64,000 nucleotides of DNA from Patescibacteria group bacterium (GTDB lineage Bacteria > Patescibacteriota > WWE3 > JAMCXX01 > JBBTUG01), in the NCBI GenBank assembly GCA_038063895.1, contig JBBTUG010000012.1:78165-142164 (forward strand), read 5' to 3'. Below the pieces are notes generated by a model. The model saw nothing but the letters and a program-made list of their open reading frames with translations, ran no database searches and had not been told where the DNA came from. This document shows, piece after piece, positions 56,959-64,000 of the stretch. The translations under genes and the position numbers were made by a program. Within the stretch, counting starts at the first letter, position 1. Each line of letters opens with the position of its first letter.

Positions 56959-58301
56959 ACCGTCTCTCCTTGACTGTCAGTTCCTTCCAGATGAACCTTC
57001 CAGGTATCAAGAGTGTAGTTTTCAGCTTGGGCGGAAGCGTTGTAATAATAGACAGCCTCACGCCAAGACAGCCACCAGCGCCGGTAAGGAGGGTTGAGCG
57101 ACTCGGTTTCCGGCCCGCTGAATTGTTGAGCCTTGTGGTAGAGCCAACGGACACCCCAAAAAATACTTTCCTGCGGTGTGGTCACTTTAATCGGTAGTCG
57201 TTCCGGCGGGTAGCTATAGCTGAGATGTTTATAGACAGCTTCATTAATGAACTCGTTGGCGGCGTTTTTAAATTTCTCTTCCGGTTTCATGTGTTGGGGG
57301 GTCTTATTTCTCTCATCCCAAACCTGCATGACGTCCGGAAAAGACGGATAGCCGGTGGAGGACTTGCCGTAACCCATCCGACTCTCAATGTAGATCATGG
57401 CTTTGACCAGATCGGGATTGAGCGGATCGGGTGGCGGAAAATTTTGAGTGAGGAAGAAATTATTCCAAAAGCGAGTTGCCTGCTCAATCGCCGTATCATA
57501 CTTGTTATAGCGGTTATCCTTATACTCTCTTATCTTACCCGCCGTTTCGGAAAGATCCAGTTCGACGTAGTCAACGTAGGGCATTCGGTCGGCGTAGATT
57601 TCAACGTAATGCAAACCTTGAGGTAAGTTCGTTCTAAAGCTGGCAGTTGTCTGTTTATTCAACAGCAGAGAACCGGCAAAGTACCAGAAACGGTAAAACC
57701 ACTCCCGCGGTAACGATTCTTTAGGCTTCTCTTTTAGTTCCCTAAAGTTGGTTTTGACCTCGCCGTCAACCACGATTTTAAGGTCATCGCTATCCCTGTA
57801 TCTTTTCTTGACGATCGCATTAACAGTTAAGGCCGCGAGCGGTATGTTATCAAGGATAAAGGCTAGCCACGGACGGCGGTCCCCATCCTCCGCCGAGCTT
57901 TTGACCCCTATTGACGCAGCTGGTCCTGGCTCCAAGGTGTAGACTTCCAAGCTTTCAAACGTGGCCGTACCGGGAGGGTTTTCCGCGGAAAGAGTTACCT
58001 GATGATCTCCGTCTTTGAGGAAAGTCAGAAAATAGGTGGTCTGGGAGAGGTTGTAGGACTTACCGCCGGAAATCGCGGCCGGCGAGTCAACGAAACGGCT
58101 GGGATTTCCCAACTTGGGATAAATCTTAGCGTCGATCTGGATGGTTAAATCTTCATCATCGGTGGCGTTCGGTCCCAGCTGTTTTTCGCCCTTGGCTCGA
58201 GCCGTGAGTTTAAGGAGGTATAAAGAGGAAGAACTAGAGAACGTAATCTTTTCGTTTCCCTTAATTGTTCTTTTATTCTTATCCGCAAAGATGAGTTCCA
58301 T
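56940..58301 (-). CDS. Two-domain protein with no signal peptide: conserved N-terminal domain shared with 859..1998 plus a divergent C-terminal lysozyme-like (GH23-like) domain
   Basis: N-terminal alignment to the 859..1998 product (MELIFADKNKRTI...ARAKGEKQLG...DSPAAISGGK...AEDGDRRPW...KRYRDSDDLKIVVDG...RFWYF...GLHYVEIYADRMP). C-terminal IYIESRMGYG...DVMQVW resembles the E-S...G.MQ. lysozyme-like catalytic region. Confidence 0.75.
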   Translation of the reverse strand: MELIFADKNKRTIKGNEKITFSSSSSLYLLKLTARAKGEKQLGPNATDDEDLTIQIDAKIYPKLGNPSRFVDSPAAISGGKSYNLSQTTYFLTFLKDGDHQVTLSAENPPGTATFESLEVYTLEPGPAASIGVKSSAEDGDRRPWLAFILDNIPLAALTVNAIVKKRYRDSDDLKIVVDGEVKTNFRELKEKPKESLPREWFYRFWYFAGSLLLNKQTTASFRTNLPQGLHYVEIYADRMPYVDYVELDLSETAGKIREYKDNRYNKYDTAIEQATRFWNNFFLTQNFPPPDPLNPDLVKAMIYIESRMGYGKSSTGYPSFPDVMQVWDERNKTPQHMKPEEKFKNAANEFINEAVYKHLSYSYPPERLPIKVTTPQESIFWGVRWLYHKAQQFSGPETESLNPPYRRWWLSWREAVYYYNASAQAENYTLDTWKVHLEGTDSQGETVWAEGK

Positions 58302-58404
58302 TTCGCCTTACTTTCGGTACCTGATTCTAGATTAAGGTACGTAGCTGAAGGTTGTCAAGATAAACTTTTAAGTGAAGCCGCACTGATTAGAAAACTCGGG
58401 TTCC

Positions 58405-58540
58405 TGGCCCGGGGCAGTCAGCAAGTCTGGTAGCGGACCACCTGTTTGGCAATCTGCTCGAGGAGTTTTTCTTTTTGCATTTGGAAAAAGTTTAATCAGC
58501 GATTCAAGAAGGAGAATAGCACAGCGGTAGGAAGTTAAAA
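58405..58540. repeat. Direct repeat copy R2 (see 55975..56110)
   Basis: Aligned by eye to R1; located between the HD-like gene's 3' end and the lysozyme-like gene's start. Confidence 0.8.
58418..58480 (-). pseudogene. Truncated duplicate of the UDG 5' end (MQKEKLLEQIAKQVVRYQTC*), inside direct-repeat copy R2
   Basis: 20 codons homologous to the UDG N-terminus MHKEKLLEQLARQIIRCKLC, then TGA. Confidence 0.75.
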
Positions 58541-58547
58541 AGAAGAA

Positions 58548-59162
58548 TTAATAACCTAGTTTACTAAGGGCTAGGTGATACCAGGGTTTAGCTACCTCTT
58601 CGGCGTTTGGCGAGGTAATTCGGTTGTACATCCAATCAAATTTTTCTTTTACCTTTTCTTTACCTCTCACCGCGACCTGCTCCGTTACGAAGTGATCGAC
58701 TTGGGTTTCTAAGAAGCTGACGCTGTCTGCATCTTTAAGAAGATTTTGATCGGGGTTACCACCAATCTCGTGTTTAGAAATGAGCATCGCGACTCTGGCA
58801 ATTAACTCTACCGGAGCCTCAATTCCGATAAGAAAATCTGACATGATTTTCGCGCCTGTCTCTTGGTGATAAATAAGATGCCCTTTATCCTGGAAGCCTT
58901 TTTCTGACTTGTCAATTTTGTTGTAAGTCGAATCACGATAGGCCCTCTCAATATCGTGGGCATACGCCGCGATTAAAAGAGCTTCGTCCGCCTCGGGCTT
59001 AAGCTGTTTAAGCCAATAAACGGTGCGGTCAAAATGCCGCAGACCTTGCGCCTTTCCGGCTTTCTGGTGTACCTCATCAACAAAATTCCTGACTAACGGA
59101 AAATAAATCTCAACCACAACATGATTATACAATATAAATAGGTCGGAATAACGGTTAGGCAC
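58548..59162 (-). CDS. Hypothetical protein, possibly an HD-like hydrolase
   Basis: Contains ...AAYAHDIER... H..D-like motif; family assignment uncertain. Confidence 0.35.
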   Translation of the reverse strand: MPNRYSDLFILYNHVVVEIYFPLVRNFVDEVHQKAGKAQGLRHFDRTVYWLKQLKPEADEALLIAAYAHDIERAYRDSTYNKIDKSEKGFQDKGHLIYHQETGAKIMSDFLIGIEAPVELIARVAMLISKHEIGGNPDQNLLKDADSVSFLETQVDHFVTEQVAVRGKEKVKEKFDWMYNRITSPNAEEVAKPWYHLALSKLGY

Positions 59163-59196
59163 TTTATCAAATGGTTAAACCGGATTACAATTTAAC

Positions 59197-59577
59197 TTGA
59201 TGAGCAAAGGCCACCATAAAAGCAAACTGCAGATAGCAATAGATCGGGCTTGGAAATTTTACGAAGAATGGCGGGGACACGAACCAGTAACACCGGCTTT
59301 CGGAGAAAAAGTCTACGCCTCACGACTCGGCTGGGACCATATCCTTAATCCCTCGCACCGAAGGAGTAAGGCAGATAAGATTCGTCGGCTTGATGCCTTG
59401 CCTCTTGCTAAGAAACTTCTCACCGTGGCAACAACTTACCAGGAGTATCGGTACGCCGATGGATTTCACTACTACGCCTTACAAGCTGAACTGGGTGGGA
59501 AGAGGATAAAGGTTATCGTAAGTTCAAAAAAGAAAAGTGGAAGGAAATACTTCCTTTCGGTGATTATCTTAAGGTAG
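59197..59577 (+). CDS. Hypothetical basic protein (126 aa)
   Basis: ORF only; Lys/Arg-rich; no recognisable motif. Confidence 0.35.
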   Translation: MMSKGHHKSKLQIAIDRAWKFYEEWRGHEPVTPAFGEKVYASRLGWDHILNPSHRRSKADKIRRLDALPLAKKLLTVATTYQEYRYADGFHYYALQAELGGKRIKVIVSSKKKSGRKYFLSVIILR

Positions 59578-59678
59578 AGTGTCTTTCACTTTGGCGACGT
59601 GCCGTTATGAGGTCAGGGTCAAGCCCTTCACCCTACCAATGACATTCTATACTGCAACCCAGGAAGTGTCAAACAAAA

Positions 59679-60728
59679 TCACCAACTCGGCAGAAAGTCC
59701 TTAATATTTGTGTCGTTCAGTATGAATTTTGACTCCGTCCCAGCGGATTCGACTATTTTCCGCGCGGCCTTCCGGCAGATGCCGTGAATTGTCCGGTCCA
59801 GCGTTCTGATCCCGGCGTCGTACCCCAGGGGGCGAATGATTTTCGGCCAAAGATCATCCGCAATCGTAATTTGCTCCTTGTCTAAACCCGATTCCCTTAG
59901 GCCCTTCGGCAGCAAGTAGTCGCGGCCGATAACCTTCTTCTCTTCATCGGTATAGGCCGGCATTTCGATAATTTCCAGCCGGTCAATGACCGCGGTGGAA
60001 ATTCCACCGGTGTTGTTCCCGCTGCAGATAAACAGAGCTCCCGAAAGATCGAAAGGATAACCGAGAAAATAATCGGTAAAAGCGTTATTTTGTTCGGGGT
60101 CCAGTAGTTCCAACAGAACACCCATAATTGATGCTCTGCCGGCCTCTGCCACCCGGTCAATTTCATCTAAAAGAATTACCGGATTCCGAACGCCGACCCG
60201 GGCGAGGTTGCGGATAATAAGACCCGGCTCCGCTCCCGGCAGGTAACGGGGTAGGCCGCGGAGCTGCGTTACCTCCCCCATCCCTCCCATCGCAATCCGG
60301 ATAAACGGCCGGGCAAGCGCTTCCGCAATTGAGGAAGCCACTGAAGTTTTTCCGATGCCGGGCAAACCGACAAAGCACAGAACCGTCGCCCCGATTTTTT
60401 TCTTTCCTCGGTTAAGATTGAGCACGGCGATGTACTCCAGCAGCCGATCTTTAATTTTTGGCATGCCGTAATGGTTCTTATCCAAAACAGCCCGGGCGTT
60501 GCTCAGATCGAGATTATCCGGCGACTCTGCCACCCACGGCAGACTGACCACCCACTCGAGATAATGCGAAACGCTTTCGTACTCCAACCCGTAGCCGCTC
60601 GCTTCCGTCATCCGGGAGAGCCGTTCCAACATCCCTTCTAAATGCAAACGCAAATCTGGAGGAATGCCGTTAACGGCAATCTTCGCTTGTAATTTTAAAA
60701 TTTCCGTTTTATTTGATTTATTTTCCAT
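59679..60728 (-). CDS. Lon-like AAA+ ATPase module lacking both the N-terminal LAN domain and the C-terminal S16 protease domain (truncated Lon or stand-alone Lon-like ATPase)
   Basis: Lon hallmark YLEWVVSLPW, Walker A GLPGIGKTS, Walker B ILLDEIDRV, sensor-2 GIRTLDRTIHGICRKAA. The ORF ends right after the AAA+ alpha-helical subdomain. Confidence 0.7.
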   Translation of the reverse strand: MENKSNKTEILKLQAKIAVNGIPPDLRLHLEGMLERLSRMTEASGYGLEYESVSHYLEWVVSLPWVAESPDNLDLSNARAVLDKNHYGMPKIKDRLLEYIAVLNLNRGKKKIGATVLCFVGLPGIGKTSVASSIAEALARPFIRIAMGGMGEVTQLRGLPRYLPGAEPGLIIRNLARVGVRNPVILLDEIDRVAEAGRASIMGVLLELLDPEQNNAFTDYFLGYPFDLSGALFICSGNNTGGISTAVIDRLEIIEMPAYTDEEKKVIGRDYLLPKGLRESGLDKEQITIADDLWPKIIRPLGYDAGIRTLDRTIHGICRKAARKIVESAGTESKFILNDTNIKDFLPSW

Positions 60729-61647
60729 CTATAGTTCCCTGTAACAACGTTCCGCTACTTACCGGCGTAACTACGAGCGCTTGGCCCCGAATTTTTCCGG
60801 AGAGCTTCCCGCCAATATCCGGACCAAAAACAGTTGTCAGCAACTGACCAAGATTATCATGACTGGCGGCAAAAAAGAAAAACTGCCCCTGGTGGGGTAA
60901 TCGCCGCCACGCCTCGGAGAACGGGGTGGTCAGGGACAGGTTGAGATGTTTCTTCGCCTGAGTTTGAACCGTTAACTGCGCCAACTCGGGGGAATCAGTG
61001 ACCAGCAGGTATTCTCCGATGATTAAGGGCGAGAAACCCTGCGTTTCAAGGCTATTCTTTACCTCATCCACCTTTTGCTCCACAAAACTTTTCGCTTTTA
61101 TTTTTCCCAGGAAAGCGGAGCTACTCCCGGATTTGAAAAAAGCGAAATCCGGCTCGAGGTATGTCTGGGCTTCCGCCAAAGTCAGGCCGGTAATCTTTTG
61201 GAATTTTAGGCTCTGTCCTTCCGGAATAATCTTCGAAACAAAGTCAGCGAAACTCCGGCCAAAGACGGCCGAATCGGCCGTATCCGGGACGAGCTCGGCG
61301 AGGGATAATTTAGCCCAGGGCAGATCAGGAGCGGCAAAATGAAAATTTTGCAACAATACGGCATTTTCCGGCCGTCCGGACGGAAGTTTAGAAGCACGGA
61401 ATGAGCCCGACCGAAACCAGTAGAAACCAGTCCCGGCGATTGAAAAGACTAAAATCAGCAGGAGAAAAAAGAAAAGCCGCCCTCTTAAACTAAAAACGGA
61501 AGTGACGGAAACTACGAGTGGTGGTGTTTTAACGGGAAAACTGTTGTCCGGAGTTTGCTCTAAGGCCAAACCACAGTGGTAACAAAAACAGGCGGTTGGA
61601 GACTCAATCGTACTTCCGCAGTGGGCGCAGATGCGGTATCGCAGCAT
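60718..61647 (-). CDS. Membrane protein with N-terminal Cys4 zinc ribbon, one TM helix and an extracytoplasmic domain (anti-sigma-factor-like topology)
   Basis: CAHCGSTIESPTACFCYHCG, then FFFLLLILVFSIAGTGFYWF. Confidence 0.5.
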   Translation of the reverse strand: MLRYRICAHCGSTIESPTACFCYHCGLALEQTPDNSFPVKTPPLVVSVTSVFSLRGRLFFFLLLILVFSIAGTGFYWFRSGSFRASKLPSGRPENAVLLQNFHFAAPDLPWAKLSLAELVPDTADSAVFGRSFADFVSKIIPEGQSLKFQKITGLTLAEAQTYLEPDFAFFKSGSSSAFLGKIKAKSFVEQKVDEVKNSLETQGFSPLIIGEYLLVTDSPELAQLTVQTQAKKHLNLSLTTPFSEAWRRLPHQGQFFFFAASHDNLGQLLTTVFGPDIGGKLSGKIRGQALVVTPVSSGTLLQGTIDGK

Positions 61648-61679
61648 AATGTGGAATAGAGCTTGAAATCAAAAGTCAA

Positions 61680-63923
61680 CTAACGCCGGCGGTCGCTTCC
61701 GGGAGACCGGTAGGGCTGGTATTCTCTTTTTTTAAAAAACGGGGTTCGGTAACCGGAAGTAGAGCTTCCTGAACGCTGTCCACTTTCATGACCTCCGGCA
61801 AATTCTTCTCCGGCCGGACGCGGCTCAAGAGCTTTCTTCGAGAGATTAACACGGCCCTGCTCGTCAATCCCGACCACTTTCACCTTAACCGGATCACCAA
61901 CCTTAAGATAGTCCTCCACCCGCTCAACCCGGTGGTAAGCGATCTCACTGATGTGAATTAAACCTTCCTTGCCGGGGAATATCTCGGCAAAAGCACCGAA
62001 GTCCATCAGACGGGTAACCCGGCCGTCGTAAACCTCACCAACCTTAGCCTCTTTGACAATCCCTTCAATCATCGCGCGGGCGCGGGCTGAAACCGCGTCC
62101 TCTTTTGCGGAAATGTAAACTGAGCCATCATCTTCGATATCAATTTCAGCCCCAGTCTCTTCAATAATTCGCTTGATGATCCGCCCGCCGGGACCGATAA
62201 CTTCACCGATTTTCTTCGGATCAATTTTAATCACCGTGATCCGCGGGGCGTACTGCGAAAGGGTTTCGCGTGGCTTGCCGAGGATCTCCGCCATAATGTC
62301 CAAAACCTTTAACCGGGCCTGTTTTGACCGTTCGATAATATCCGCGAGCACGGGAATGGGCAGGCCGTGGTGAAGTTTAGTGTCCATCTGCAAAGCCGTC
62401 CAGCCCTCCCGGGTCCCGGTCAGTTTAAAATCGAGAAAACCGTCAAAATCTTCGACCCCGGCGATATCCGTTAAAATAATGTATTTGCTTTCGGCCGGGT
62501 CGGTGACTAAACCGATGGCAATACCGGCAACCGCCGACTTAACCGGAACACCAGCGTCCATTAGGGCTAAACTGGAACCGCAAGTGGAAGCCATTGAGGT
62601 TGAACCGTTTTGGGAAAGGATTTCACTGACCACCCGAATGACGTAAGGAAACTCATCTTTTCCGGGAACCACCGGACGCAGTGCTTTTTCCGCCAGCATT
62701 CCGTGACCGAGTTCCCGCCGTCCCGGACCCCGGAGCGGATTGGTCTCGCCGGTCGAATACGGCGGGGCGTTGTAATGATGCATATAGCGTTTCGTCTCCT
62801 CGCCCGTCATCGTCTGAATTAATTGTTCGAGGGAGCTGGAGCCTAAAGTAGCAATTGTGAGCGCTTGAGTCAGACCCCGGGTAAAAATAGCGCTGCCGTG
62901 GGTCCTAGGTAGAACACCGACCCGACCGCTGATCGGCCGGATTTCATCCAATTTCCTTCCATCCGGACGGCGGCCGTCATTGAGAATAAGGGAACGGACC
63001 AATTCTTTTTCGATCAGATCCAGAGATTCATCCATGTTCACTTTGGTGTACTTTCCCTGAAACTGTGCGTAGGTTTCGTCCTTCAGCCGCTTTTTGTAGT
63101 CAACATAGTCCAATTTATCCAAGGGGGTGGAAAGCATTTCCTTCACCCGCGTTCCGGCAAAGCTTTGGACCTCTGCGACCATATCCGCGTCGAGCTTATC
63201 GGAAACATAAACTTTTTTCTCCACCCCGACCGCGGCTGAAAAATCCCGGATAAAATCAAGCAACGGTTTGACTTGCTCCTGTCCGAACTTAAACGCCGCC
63301 AACAGTTTTTCCTCGGGAACCATTTTTGCTTCGCCCTCGGTTGCCACAACCCGGTCGCCTAAATAAGAAACAACTAAATCCAGATCAAAAGCGTTGGCCT
63401 CGGACGCGCGGGTGGAAGGCCGCAGATTAGGATTGAGGACAAATTCACCATCCTTAAGAACAACCCGAACCGTGCCTAGTGGCCCGTTCCAGGGAACGTC
63501 GGAAGCAGACAGCGCCGCCGAAGCGGCTACAAGCGCGAGAACTTCCGGGTCGCCTTCCGGATCGACGGAAAGCGCGGTTACAATAACCTGAACCTCTTCT
63601 TTATAATCTTTGGGAAATAAGGGACGGATCGCGTGATCGATTAAACGGGCGGATACGGTTGCCTCATCAGTCGGCTTTGTCTCCCGCTTAATAAAGCGGG
63701 AACTTTTAATAAAACCGCCAGCATAAAGCTTCTCTTCAAAATCAACCCGCAACGGGAAGTAATCGACCTCATTTTTAAGTTCGTTAGCAACGACAGTGGC
63801 CAGGATAACAGTTTCACCGTAAGTCGCTAAAACCGCCCGGTTGGCCTGAAAAGCAATCTCGCCCGTCTCAAGACTTAAAGGGCGGCCGGCAAATTCAATT
63901 TGTTTTTTTACAATTTTAACCAT
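61680..63923 (-). CDS. pnp: Polynucleotide phosphorylase (two RNase PH domains + KH + S1)
   Basis: MVKIVKKQIEFAGRPLSLETGEIAFQANRAVLATYGETVILATVV...; C-terminal KH/S1 and a Gly/Arg-rich tail. Confidence 0.9.
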   Translation of the reverse strand: MVKIVKKQIEFAGRPLSLETGEIAFQANRAVLATYGETVILATVVANELKNEVDYFPLRVDFEEKLYAGGFIKSSRFIKRETKPTDEATVSARLIDHAIRPLFPKDYKEEVQVIVTALSVDPEGDPEVLALVAASAALSASDVPWNGPLGTVRVVLKDGEFVLNPNLRPSTRASEANAFDLDLVVSYLGDRVVATEGEAKMVPEEKLLAAFKFGQEQVKPLLDFIRDFSAAVGVEKKVYVSDKLDADMVAEVQSFAGTRVKEMLSTPLDKLDYVDYKKRLKDETYAQFQGKYTKVNMDESLDLIEKELVRSLILNDGRRPDGRKLDEIRPISGRVGVLPRTHGSAIFTRGLTQALTIATLGSSSLEQLIQTMTGEETKRYMHHYNAPPYSTGETNPLRGPGRRELGHGMLAEKALRPVVPGKDEFPYVIRVVSEILSQNGSTSMASTCGSSLALMDAGVPVKSAVAGIAIGLVTDPAESKYIILTDIAGVEDFDGFLDFKLTGTREGWTALQMDTKLHHGLPIPVLADIIERSKQARLKVLDIMAEILGKPRETLSQYAPRITVIKIDPKKIGEVIGPGGRIIKRIIEETGAEIDIEDDGSVYISAKEDAVSARARAMIEGIVKEAKVGEVYDGRVTRLMDFGAFAEIFPGKEGLIHISEIAYHRVERVEDYLKVGDPVKVKVVGIDEQGRVNLSKKALEPRPAGEEFAGGHESGQRSGSSTSGYRTPFFKKREYQPYRSPGSDRRR

Positions 63924-64000
63924 AAATTAACAGACCCGGATCTTATGGGGAAGGTAACAGGTTACTATATCAGGCCCGCTCTTATTTTTCAAGGCCGATT

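Noticed and set aside
1-64000. CRISPR arrays, integrases, transposases
   Set aside because: No regularly spaced direct repeats of 25-40 bp, and no ORFs with integrase or transposase motifs, were seen anywhere in the window.

Overview
This window is a 64 kb segment of a small, roughly 45-52% GC bacterial genome that carries almost the whole conserved ribosomal super-operon on the minus strand. The gene order is strongly reminiscent of Candidate Phyla Radiation (Patescibacteria) genomes, notably in lacking the L30 gene. Read 5'->3' on the minus strand (high to low coordinates) the run is rpoB, a PHP phosphoesterase, rpoC, rpsL, rpsG, fusA, tuf, rpsJ, rplC-D-W-B, rpsS, rplV, rpsC, rplP, rpmC, rpsQ, rplN-X-E, rpsZ, rpsH, rplF-R, rpsE, rplO, secY, adk, map, infA, rpmJ, rpsM-K-D, rpoA, rplQ-M and rpsI. 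This backbone is interrupted in three places: an antisense wHTH-Nudix gene sits between rpsJ and rplC, a ybaB/kinase/ahcY block sits between secY and adk, and the PHP gene sits between rpoB and rpoC. Downstream on the same strand follow mltG, a pilM-like gene, alaS, an AT-rich restriction-modification island (a nuclease-MTase fusion, an unknown gene, hsdS and a DUF2130 gene) directly preceded by lexA and flanked by tRNA-Cys, then ytxH/ytxG-like genes, rodZ, ftsK, rnj, a family-4 UDG, a truncated Lon-like ATPase and pnp. Both ends of the window carry paralogous two-gene cassettes, each a signal-less lysozyme-like protein followed by a membrane-anchored FG-GAP-like protein. The right-hand cassette is bracketed by a ~135 bp direct repeat that contains a pseudogenised UDG 5' end. 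The left end also has a HEAR/PD-(D/E)xK homing-endonuclease-like gene, a tRNA-Pro-like cloverleaf with a deviant T-loop, a small HD-phosphohydrolase/GIY-YIG block and one markedly GC-rich gene that looks foreign. The most striking non-coding signal is two copies of a 66 bp perfectly symmetric element built from six CCACNAAT octamers, one upstream of rpoC and one between rpsG and fusA. No CRISPR arrays or intact transposases were seen. All calls rest on reading the ORF translations and the sequence by eye; no searches were run.
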